Source: Eledone cirrhosa
Lineage: Eukaryota
Reading direction: 5' to 3'
DNA length: 64,000 bases
Assembly: GCA_964016885.1 (NCBI GenBank)
Contig: OZ024744.1
Coordinates: 43,772,001-43,836,000, forward strand
The first letter of the stretch is position 1. Every line of letters begins with the position of its first letter. Made by a program: the position numbers and the translations under genes. A model generated the notes under the pieces. That model saw only the letters and a program-made list of their open reading frames with translations, did not search any database and had not been told where the DNA came from. Positions 15,001 to 26,900 of the stretch are shown in pieces.

Positions 15001-18000
15001 TCTAATATAGAGGTAATATATGGTGGCGTCAAATATAGAGGTAACATAGGGTGGTGTCTAATATAGAGGTAACATAGGCTGGTGTCCATTATAGAGGTAA
15101 CATAGGGTGGTGTCTAATATAGAGGTAATATAGGGTGGCGTCTAATACAGAGGTAAGATAGGGTGGTGTCTAATATAGAGGTGACATAGGGTGATGTCTA
15201 ATATAGAGGTAACATAGGGTTGTGTCTATTATAGAGGTAATATAGGGTGGCATCTAATACAGAGGAAACATAGGGTGGTGTCTAGTATAGAGGTATTATA
15301 GGGTGGTGTCTATTATAGAGGAAACATGGGAGGTTGTTTAATATAGAGGTAATCGAGGGTGGTGTCTAATATAGTGGTAATATGTGGTGGTGTCTAATAT
15401 AGAGGTGTTATAGGATGGTGTCAATTATAGAGGAACATAGGGTGGTGTCTATTATAGACGTAACATAGGGTGGTGTCTAATATAGAGGTAACATAGGGTG
15501 GTGTCTAATATAGAGGAACATAGGGTGGTTTCTATTATAGAGGTAACATAGGGTGGTGTCTATTATAGAGGTAATATAGGGTGGTGTCTAATATAGACAT
15601 AACATAGGTTGGTGTCTAATATAGAGGGAATATAGGGTAGTGTCTAATAGAGAGGAAACATAGGGTGGTGTCTAATATACAGGTAACATAAGGTGGTGTC
15701 TAATATAGAGGTAACATAGGCTGGTGTCCATTATAGAGGTAGCATAGTGTGGTGTCTAATACAGAAGTAACAAAGGTGGTGTCTATTACAGAGGTAACAT
15801 AGGGTGGGTTCTATTATAGAGGTAACATAGGGTGGTGTCTATTATAGAGGTAACATAGGGTGGTGTCTATTATAGAGGTAACATAGGGGGGTGTCTAATA
15901 TAGAGGTAACATATTGTGGTGTCTAATATAGAGGTATTATATGGTCGTGTCAATGATAGAGGTAACATAAGGTGGTGTCTAATATAGAGGTAACATAAGG
16001 TGTTGTCTAATATAGAGGTAATATCGGGTGGTGTCATTATAGAGGTAATATGGGGTTGTGTCTAATATAGAGAAATCATAGGGTTAGTGTCATTATAGAG
16101 GTAACATAGGGTGGTGTCTAATATAGAGGTAATATATGGTGGCATCTAATGAAGGGGTAACATAGGGTGGTGTCTAATAGAGAGATGACATAGGGTGATG
16201 TCTAATATGGAGGTAACATAGGGTTGTGTCTATTATAGAGGTAATATAGGGTGGCATCTAATACAGAGGAAACATAGGGTGGCGTCTAGTATAGAGGTAT
16301 TATAGGGTCGTGTCTATTATAGAGGAAACACAGGGTGTTGTTTAATATAGAGGTAATATAGGGTGGTGGCTAATATAGAGGTAACATAGGGTGATGTCAT
16401 TATAGAGGTGACATAGGGTAGTGTCTAATATAGAGGTAACATAAGGTGTTGTCTAATATAGAGGTAATATCGGGTGGTGTCATTATAGAGGTAATATGGG
16501 GTTGTGTCTGATATAGAGAAATCATAGGGTTAGTGTCATTATAGAGGTAACATAGGGTGGTGTCTATTATAGAGGTAATATAGGGTGGTGTCTATTATAG
16601 AAGTAACATATTGTGGTGTCTAATATAGAGGTAATATAGGGTGGTGTCTAATCTAGAGGTATTATATGGTCGTGTCAATTATGGAGGTAACATAGGGTGT
16701 TGTCTAATATAGAGGTAACATAAGGTGTTGTCTAATATAGAGGTAACATCGGGTGGTGTCATTATAGAGGTAATATGGGGTTGTGTCTAATATAGAGAAA
16801 TCATAGGGTTAGTGTCATTATAGAGGTAACATAGGGTGGTGTCTAATATAGAGGTAACATAGGGTGGTGTCTAATAAAGAGCTAACATAGGGTGGTGTCT
16901 AATATAGAGTTAACATAGAGTGGTGTCCATTATAGACGTAACATAGGGTGGTATCTAATATAGAGGTAATATAGGGTGGCGTCTAATTCAGAGCTAAAAT
17001 AGGGTGGTGTCTAATATAGAGATAACATAGGGTGATGTCTAATATAGAGGTTACATAGGGTTGTCTCTATTATAGAGGTAATATAGGGTGGCATCTAATA
17101 CAGAGGAAACATAGGGTGGTGTCTAGTATAGAGGTATTATAGGGTGGTGTCTATTATAGAGGAAACACAGGGTGTCGTTTAATATAGAGGTAATATAGGG
17201 TGGTGTCTAATATAGAGGTATTATATGGTGGTGTCTAACATAGAGGTAATATAGGGTGCTGTCTAATATAGACATAACGTAGGGTAGTGTCTAATATAGA
17301 GGTAATATAAGGGGGAGTCATTATAGAGGTAACATAGGGTGGTGTGTAATAAAAAGGTAACATAGGGTTGTATCTATTATAGTGTTAACATAGGGTGGTG
17401 TCTAATATAGACATAACATAGGTTGGTGTCTAATATAGAGGGAATATAGGGTAGTGTCTAATAGAGAGGAAACATAGGGTGGTGTCTAATATACAGGTAA
17501 CATATGGTGGTGTCTAATATAGAGGTAACATAGGCTGGTGTCCATTATAGAGGTAGCATAGTGTGGTGTCTAATACAGAAGTAACAAAGGTGGTGTCTAT
17601 TACAGAGGTAACATAGGGTGGGTTCTATTATAGAGGTAACATAGGGTGGTGTCTATTATAGAGGTAACATAGGGTGGTGTCTATTATAGAGGAAACACAG
17701 GGTGTTGTTTAATTGTGAGGTAATATAGGGTGGTGTCTAATATAGAGGTAATATAGGGTGGTGTCTAATATAGAGGTATTATATAGTCGTGTCAATTATA
17801 GAAGTAACAAAGGGTGGTGTCTAATATAGAGGTAACATAAGGTGTTGTCTAATATAGAGGTAACATCGGGTGGTGTGATTATAGAGGTAACATAGGGTGG
17901 GGTCTAATATAATGGTAATATATGGTGGCGTCTGATAAAGAGGTAACATAGGGTGGTGTCTAATATAGAGGTAACATAGGTTGGTGTCTATTATAGAGGT

Positions 18001-21000
18001 AATATAGGGTGGCATCTAATACAGAGGAAACATTGGGTGGCGTCTAGTATAGAGGTATTATAGGGTAGTGCCTAATATAGAGGTAATATAAGGGGGAGTC
18101 ATTATAGAGGTAACATAGGGTGGTGTCTAGTATAGAGTTAATATAGGGTGGTGTCTATTATAGAAGTAACATATTGTGGTGTCTAATATAGAGGTAATAT
18201 AGGGTGGTGTCTAATATAGAGGTATTATATGGACGAGTCAATTATGGAGGTAACATAGGGTGGTGTCTAATATAGAGGTAACATAAGGTGTTGTCTAATA
18301 TAGAGGTAATAGAGCGTTGTGTTTAATATAGAGAAAAAATAGGGTGGTGTCATTATAGAGGTAACATAGGGTGGTGTCTAATATAGAGGTAATATATGGT
18401 GGCGTCAAATATAGAGGTAACATAGGGTGGTGTCTAATATAGAGGTAACATAGGCTGGTGTCCATTATAGAGGTAACATAGGGTGGTGTCTAATATAGAG
18501 GTAATATAGGGTGGCGTCTAATACAGAGGTAAGATAGGGTGGTGTCTAATATAGAGGTGACATAGGGTGATGTCTAATATAGAGGTAACATAGGGTTGTG
18601 TCTATTATAGAGGTAATATAGGGTGGCATCTAATACAGAGAAAACATAGGGTGGTGTCTAGTATAGAGGTATTATAGGGTGGTGTCTATTATAGAGGAAA
18701 CATGGGAGGTTGTTTAATATAGAGGTAATCGAGGGTGGTGTCTAATATAGTGGTAATATGTGGTGGTGTCTAATATAGAGGTGTTATAGGATGGTGTCAA
18801 TTATAGAGGAACATAGGGTGGTGTCTATTATAGACGTAACATAGGGTGGTGTCTAATATAGAGGTAACATAGGGTGGTGTCTAATATAGAGGAACATAGG
18901 GTGGTTTCTATTATAGAGGTAACATAGGGTGGTGTCTATTATAGAGGTAATATAGGGTGGTGTCTAATATAGACATAACATAGGTTGGTGTCTAATATAG
19001 AGGGAATATAGGGTAGTGTCTAATAGAGAGGAAACATAGGGTGGTGTCTAATATACAGGTAACATAAGGTGGTGTCTAATATAGAGGTAACATAGGCTGG
19101 TGTCCATTATAGAGGTAGCATAGTGTGGTGTCTAATACAGAAGTAACAAAGGTGGTGTCTATTACAGAGGTAACATAGGGTGGGTTCTATTATAGAGGTA
19201 ACATAGGGTGGTGTCTATTATAGAGGTAACATAGGGTGGTGTCTATTATAGAGGTAACATAGGGGGGTGTCTAATATAGAGGTAACATATTGTGGTGTCT
19301 AATATAGAGATATTATATGGTCGTGTCAATGATAGAGGTAACATAAGGTGGTGTCTAATATAGAGGTAACATAAGGTGTTGTCTAATATAGAGGTAATAT
19401 CGGGTGGTGTCATTATAGAGGTAATATGGGGTTGTGTCTAATATAGAGAAATCATAGGGTTAGTGTCATTATAGAGGTAACATAGGGTGGTGTCTAATAT
19501 AGAGGTAATATATGGTGGCATCTAATGAAGGGGTAACATAGGGTGGTGTCTAATAGAGAGATGACATAGGGTGATGTCTAATATGGAGGTAACATAGGGT
19601 TGTGTCTATTATAGAGGTAATATAGGGTGGCATCTAATACAGAGGAAACATAGGGTGGCGTCTAGTATAGAGGTATTATAGGGTCGTGTCTATTATAGAG
19701 GAAACACAGGGTGTTGTTTAATATAGAGGTAATATAGGGTGGTGGCTAATATAGAGGTAACATAGGGTGATGTCATTATAGAGGTGACATAGGGTAGTGT
19801 CTAATATAGAGGTAACATAAGGTGTTGTCTAATATAGAGGTAATATCGGGTGGTGTCATTATAGAGGTAATATGGGGTTGTGTCTGATATAGAGAAATCA
19901 TAGGGTTAGTGTCATTATAGAGGTAACATAGGGTGGTGTCTATTATAGAGGTAATATAGGGTGGTGTCTATTATAGAAGTAACATATTGTGGTGTCTAAT
20001 ATAGAGGTAATATAGGGTGGTGTCTAATCTAGAGGTATTATATGGTCGTGTCAATTATGGAGGTAACATAGGGTGTTGTCTAATATAGAGGTAACATAAG
20101 GTGTTGTCTAATATAGAGGTAACATCGGGTGGTGTCATTATAGAGGTAATATGGGGTTGTGTCTAATATAGAGAAATCATAGGGTTAGTGTCATTATAGA
20201 GGTAACATAGGGTGGTGTCTAATATAGAGGTAACATAGGGTGGTGTCTAATAAAGAGCTAACATAGGGTGGTGTCTAATATAGAGTTAACATAGAGTGGT
20301 GTCCATTATAGACGTAACATAGGGTGGTATCTAATATAGAGGTAATATAGGGTGGCGTCTAATTCAGAGCTAAAATAGGGTGGTGTCTAATATAGAGATA
20401 ACATAGGGTGATGTCTAATATAGAGGTTACATAGGGTTGTCTCTATTATAGAGGTAATATAGGGTGGCATCTAATACAGAGGAAACATAGGGTGGTGTCT
20501 AGTATAGAGGTATTATAGGGTGGTGTCTATTATAGAGGAAACACAGGGTGTCGTTTAATATAGAGGTAATATAGGGTGGTGTCTAATATAGAGGTAATAT
20601 ATGGTGGTGTCTAACATAGAGGTAATATAGGGTGCTGTCTAATATAGACATAACGTAGGGTAGTGTCTAATATAGAGGTAATATAAGGGGGAGTCATTAT
20701 AGAGGTAACATAGGGTGGTGTGTAATAAAAAGGTAACATAGGGTTGTGTCTAATACAGAGGTAACATAGGGTGGTGTCTAATATAGAGGTAACATAGGGT
20801 TGTATCTATTATAGTGTTAACATAGGGTGGTGTCTCATATAGATGTAACAGGGTGGTGTCTAATATAGAGGTAATATAGGGTGGTGTCTAATATAGACAT
20901 AACATAGGGTAGTGTTTAATATAGAGGTAATATAAGGGAGAGTCATTATAGAGGTAACATAGGGTGGTGTCTAATATAGAGGATTTATAGGGTGGTGTCA

Positions 21001-21790
21001 ATTATAGAGGAAGATAGGGTGGTGTCTATTATAGAGGTAACATAGGGTGGTTTCTATTATAGAGGTAATATAGGGTGGTGTCTAATATAGAGGTAACATA
21101 GGCTGGTGTCTAATAGAGAGATAACATAGGGTGGTGTCTAATATAGAGGTCACATAGGGTGGTGTCTAATATAAGGGTAACATAGGGTGGTGTCTATTAC
21201 AGAGCTAACATAGGGTGGTGTCTATTATATAGTAACATAGGGTGTTGTCTATTATAGAGGTAATATAGGGTGGTGTCTATTATAGTGGTAACATACGGTG
21301 GTGTCTAATATAGAGGTAACATATTGTGGTGTCTAATATAGAGGTAATATAGGGTGGTGTCTAAAGTAGAGGTATTATATGGTCGTGTAAATTATAGAGG
21401 TAACATAGGGTGGTGTCTAATATAGAGGTAACATAAGGTGTTGTCTAATATAGAGGTAACATCGGGTGGTGTCATTATAGAGGTAATATTGGGTGGCGTC
21501 TAATACTGAGGTAAGATTAGGTGGTGTCTAATATAGAGATGACATAGGGTGATGTCTAATATATAAGTAACATAGGGTTGTGTCTATTATAGAGGTAATA
21601 TAGGGTGGCATCTAATACAGAGGAAACATAGGGTGGTGTCTAGAATAGAGGTATTATAGGGTGGTGTCTATTATAGAGGAAACACAGGGTGTTGTTTAAT
21701 ATAGAGGTAATATAGGGTGGTGTCTAATATAGAGGTAACATAGGGTATTGTCTAATATAGAGGTAATATAAGGGGGAGTCATTATAGAGG
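1..21790 (+). repeat. 28-bp tandem satellite, block 1 (consensus AGAGGTAACATAGGGTGGTGTCTAATAT; 27-bp variant ...GGTGTCATTAT)
   Basis: GTCTAATA recurs every 28 nt (e.g. 421, 449); the array is continuous and G-rich on the + strand throughout. Confidence 0.98.
1141..20746 (+). repeat. Higher-order repeat domain of the satellite (3,376-bp unit; 6,969-bp super-duplication 1141-8109 / 8110-15078)
   Basis: Near-identical spurious ORFs start at 4100, 7476, 11069, 14445, 17821 (spacings 3376, 3593, 3376, 3376); the variant string CTGGTGTCC...GTGACTAAT...CAAAAGG occurs at 1141 and 8110. Confidence 0.9.
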
Positions 21791-22164
21791 TGTAGCGGTT
21801 GTCTCCCTTGTTTTGATTGGGATCTAGACGGGAAGTAGAACCCTTTCTGCAACTTCCGGTCAGAGCCCTATAAAACTAACAACTTTAAGCTTTCTAACTC
21901 TCATTGCCTTTTCGGCACCAGGTCAAGAGCCTCTCATTGGGCTCCGCCATTCATTTGGCCAACAGGCGCCTCTCCTTAGCCAGGCGTCCTCTGCCAGCCA
22001 CCATTGCCTGGCAATCAAAACGGTAACTACTAACTTTGCTTCATTCTAACATCATCCTCATCTTTGACATGTGAACTATACTATCCACCATTGTTAATTA
22101 AATATTATACACACAAACCATGTCTCGTTTTGTTACATTCATACAACCCAGTAATCTCGCTATA
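21791..22164 (+). repeat. 5' LTR of element 1 (374 bp)
   Basis: Matches 23560-23911 with ~5 substitutions and one ~22-bp indel; TATA-like TATAAAA near 21868. Confidence 0.92.
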
Positions 22165-22165
22165 T

Positions 22166-22197
22166 TGGTAACCCTGACGTGATACGAACACGCAGCC
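22166..22197 (+). promoter_or_regulatory. Extended tRNA-Trp primer-binding site
   Basis: TGGTAACCCTGACGTGAT-A-CGAACACGCAGCC versus the reverse complement of a metazoan tRNA-Trp 3' half as recalled (TGGTGACCCCGACGTGAT-T-CGAACACGCAGCC). Confidence 0.85.
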
Positions 22198-23559
22198 GTT
22201 CATCGCTATAAGTGGTCACCCCCCCCCCCCCAAAAAAAAAGAAAAAAATAGCACATCTGGTTTTGTGAGTAACATTACGAATACACAGCAAATTTAGCGA
22301 GAAACTATGAAAATACTCAAGGACACGTACATGTGGAATTCGCACAGACATACTTTTTCTCTCACGCATCCATTAACTGTCGCATTTCACCAATATATAT
22401 ATGTTTCTCGTTTCTTACAACGAACACTTTCAAAACAAAAAAAAAACAAAAAAACATTTCACGATATATATATATATGTTTCTCGTTTCTTACAACGAAC
22501 TCTTTCAAAACACACAAAAAAAAAAAAGAAATTTGATATTCTTTAAAAAACATTTCAACAGGAACATTTATTTTCGATGAACCTTTTTGTTCATCGTTTT
22601 CTTCATCGTTCAAGTTTTTTGTTTTTTTCCAAAGTTCACACCAATAATTATGCTGAGTGAAGCCTTTCTTTTTCATCATTGTCACTTTCAAAATTGCACT
22701 ATCATTTTCTCGCGCGTTAGAAATATTATTTTTTTCAACCTTGTATTGGCACGTGTAGGCAGCACAAATTCTCGATTCACAGAGATGTCTCTACACACAG
22801 ACATAGCCGCACGCCAGAGATAACATTTCTCGCCAAGGATTCTTCAGCCTTAAGCTATATTCTTCTATTTGCCGGTTTATAAATTTACAATGTAAATTTA
22901 CCGTTGATAACCGCGCATTTATTAAGAATGCTTATTTCTCTGGTCACTGGCCTCTTGACCCTTCCAGGTCAACGCATTCTCAACATCGACCATCAACTTC
23001 GGCTGCTATTTCTAGCACTTTGCGCAACTCATTTTTTCTAAAAAAAAAAAAAATTTTTTTTTTTTTACTGTGAATTTAAACACCGAATACGCTCACTCAG
23101 CGAGACAACAGCAGCAGCAGCAGCAATACATCAACACAGCTTCACCAACAACCAGCAGAACGCCAGAGAATTTATTTTTGCAGCACTCTCCCTGTGAGAA
23201 AATCCATTCGGAGGTTGGAAATTTCACGATATACCACAGAACAGAGACCACCTGCATTCATTCTCTGGAACACACTTTCTTTCCTGCTGTCATGTGATTG
23301 CACACCTGTGAACTATATTTTGTACATTTGAACTTTGAGCTCTTCTATTACTTTTACTTTATTACATTGTATCTTTGGGTGATGGATAGATGGATGTCCA
23401 GTCGTTCTCTGGCCAAGAGCGGTTGGCTACCTTGATATCTATCATTGATTTTTCCAAACATTCTTTTGTCGTAATTTTCATGCCTGTTACAACATTCTCG
23501 CCAACTTGTTACATATTTTCATTTCGATTTTTATACACTAAAATTCTGGCGGGAGGTTA

Positions 23560-23911
23560 TGTAGCGGTTGTCTCCCTTGTTTTGATTGGGATCTAGACGG
23601 GAAGTAGAACCCTTTCTGCAACTTCCGGTCAGAGCCCTATAAAACTAACAACTTTAAGCTTTCTAACTCTCATTGCCTTTTCGGTACCAGGTCAAGAGCC
23701 TCTCATTGGGCTCTGCCATTCATTTGGCCAACAGGCGCCTGGCCTTAGCCAGGCGTCCTCTGCCAGCCACCATTGCCTGGCAATCAAGGTCATCTGCATC
23801 ATCCTCATCTTTGACATGTCAACTATACTATCCACCATTGTTAATTAAATATTATACACACAAACCATGTCTCGTTTTGTTACATTCATACAACCCAGTA
23901 ATCTCGCTATA
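23560..23911 (+). repeat. 3' LTR of element 1 (352 bp)
   Basis: Direct repeat of 21791-22164, followed by TSD GAGG and resumed satellite. Confidence 0.92.
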
Positions 23912-26900
23912 GAGGTAACATAGGGTGGTGTCTATCATAGAGGTAATATAGGGTGGTGTCTAATATAGAGGTAACATAGGGTGGTGTCTAGTATAAAAGT
24001 AATATAGGGTGGTGTCTATCATAGAGGTAACATAGGGTGGTGTCTATTATAGAAGTAACATATTGTGGTGTCTAATATAGAGGTAACATATTGTGGTGTC
24101 TAATATAGAGATAATATAGGGTGGTGTCATTATAGAGGTAATAGAGCGTTGCGTCTAATATAGAGAAAACATAGGGTGGTGTCATTATAGAGGTAACATA
24201 GGGTGGTGTCTAATATAGGGGTAAGATATGGTGGCGTTAAATATAGAGGTAACATAGGGTGGTGTCCATTATAGAGGTAACATAGGGTGTTGTCTAATAT
24301 AGAGGTAATATAGGGTGGCGTCTAATACAGTGGTAAGATAGGGTGGTGTCTAATATAGAGATGACATAGGGTGATGTCTAATATAGAGGTAACATAGGGT
24401 TGTGTCTATTATAGAGGCAATAAAGGGTGGCATCTAATACAGAAGAAACATAGAGTGGTGTCTATTATACAGGAAACACGGGGTGTTGTTTAATATAGAG
24501 GTAATATTATAGAGGAACATAGGGTGGTGTCTATTATAGACGTAACATAGGGTGGTGTCTAATATAGAGGTAACATATTGTGGTGTCTAATATAGAGGTA
24601 ATATAGGGTGGTGTCTAATATAGAGGTATTATATGGTCGTGTCAATTATGGAGGTAACATAGGGTGTTGTCTAATATAGAGGTAATATAGGGTGGTGTCT
24701 AATATAGACATAACATAGGGTAGTGTTTAATATAGAGGTAATATAAGGGGGAGTCATTATAGAGGTAACATAGGGTGGTGTCTAATATAGAGGATTTATA
24801 GGGTGGTGTCAATTATAGAGGAAGATAGGGTGGTGTCTATTATAGAGGTAACATAGGGTGGTTCCTATTATAGAGGTAATATAGGGTGGTGTCAATTATA
24901 GAGGAAGATAGGGTGGTGTCTATTATAGAGGTAACATAGGGTGGTTCCTATTATAGAGGTAATATAGGGTGGTGTCTAATATAGAGGTAACATAGGCTGG
25001 TGTCTAATATAGAGGTAACATAGGGTGGTGTCTAATATAGAAGTAATATAGGTGAGGTCTATTGTTGAGGTAACATAGGGTGGTGTCTTATATAGAGGTA
25101 ACATAGGGTGGTGTCTATTATAGAGGTAATATAGAGTGGTGTCTAGTATAGAGGTAATATAGGGTGGCGTCTAATACTGAGGTAACTTAGGGTGTTGTCA
25201 AGTTTACAGGTATCATAGGGTGGTGTCTATTATAGATGTAACATAGGGTGGTGTCTAATATAGTGGTAATATAGGGTGGTGTGTATTATAGAGGTAACAT
25301 AGGGTGGCGTCTAATATAGAGGTAATATACGGTGGCGTCTAAAACAGAGGTAACATAGGGTGGTGTCAAATATAGAGGTAACATAGGGTGGTGTCATTAT
25401 AGAGGTAATATAGGGTTGTGTCTAAGATAGAGGTAACGTAGGGTTGTGTCTATTATAGAGGTAATATAGGGTGCCATCTAATACAGAGGAAACATAGGGT
25501 GGTGTCTAGAATAGAGGTATTATAGGGTGGTGTCTATTATAGAGGAAACACAGGGTGTTGTTTAATATAGAGGTAATATAGGGTGGTGTCTAATATAGAG
25601 GTAACATAGGGTATTGTCTAATATAGAGGTAATATAAGGGGGAGTCATTATAGAGGTAACATAGGGTGGTGTCTATTATAGAGGTAATATAGGGTGGTGT
25701 CTATGATAGATGTAACATATGGTGGTGTCTAATATAGAGGTAACATAGGGTGGTGTCTAGTATAAAGGTAATATAGGGTGGTGTCTATAATAGAGGTAAC
25801 ATAGGGTGGTGTCTATTATAGAAGTAACATATTGTGGTGTCTAATATAGAGGTAACATATTGTGGTGTCTAATATAGAGATAATATAGGGTGGTGTCATT
25901 ATAGAGGTAACATAGGGTGGTGTCTAATATAGAGGTAATATATGGTGGCGTCAAATATAGAGGTAACATAGGGTGGTGTCCATTATAGAAGTAACATAGG
26001 GTGTTGTCTAATATAGAGGTAATATAGGGTGGCGTCTAATACAGTGGTAAGGTAGGGTGGTGTCTAATATAGAGATGACATAGGGTGATGTCTAATATAG
26101 AGGTAACATAGGGTTGTGTCTATTATTGAGGCAATAAAGGGTGGCATCTAATACAGAAGAAACATAGGGTGGTGTCTAGTATAGAGGTATTATAGGGTGA
26201 TGTCTATTATACAGGAAACACGGGGTGTTGTTTAATATAGAGGTAATATTATAGAGGAACATAGGCTGGTGTCTATTATAGACGTAACATATTGTGGTGT
26301 CTAATATAGAGGTAATATAAGGTGGTGTCTAATACAGAAGTAAGATAGGTTGGTGTCTATTATAGAGGTAACATAGGGTAGTGTCTAATATAGAGGTAAC
26401 ATAGGGTGGTGTCTATTATAGAGGTATATAGGGTGGTGTCTATAATAGATGTAACATATGGTGGTGTCTAATACAGAGGTATCATAGGGTGGTGTCTAAT
26501 ATAGAGGTTATATAGGGTGGTCTCCAAAATAGAGGTAACATAGGGTGGTGTCTATTATAGAGGTAACATAGGGTGGTGTCTATTATAGAGGTAACATAGG
26601 GTGGTGTCTAATATAGAGGTAAGATAGGGTGGTGTCTAATATAGAGGTAACATAGGGTGTTGTCTATTATAGAGGTAACATAGGTGGTGTCTATTATAGC
26701 GGTAACATAGCGTGTTGTCTATTATAGAGGTAACATAGGGTGTTGTCTATTATAGAGGTAACATAGGGTGGTGTCTAATATAGAGGTAACATAGGGTGGT
26801 GTATAATATAGAGGTATTATATGGTCGTGTCAATTATAGAGGTAACATGGAGTGGTGTCTAATATAGAGGTAACATAAGGTGTTGTCTAATATAGAGGTA

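Larger units (their letters stand above)
21791..23911 (+). mobile_element. Non-autonomous LTR retrotransposon (TRIM/LARD-like, ~2.1 kb, no coding capacity) inserted in the satellite
   Basis: Direct LTRs 21791-22164 and 23560-23911 (TGTAGCG...CGCTATA), 4-bp TSD GAGG, tRNA-Trp-type PBS at 22166, purine-rich GGCGGGAGG just before the 3' LTR, no gag/pol ORF. Confidence 0.93.

Noticed and set aside
22166-22197. tRNA-Trp gene on the minus strand
   Set aside because: Only the 3' ~32 nt including CCA are present; it is a primer-binding site
22160-23912. ORFs inside LTR element 1, including the poly-Q ORF
   Set aside because: Short, low-complexity, no gag or pol motifs; they arise from A/T runs, a ~72-bp duplication and a CAG run
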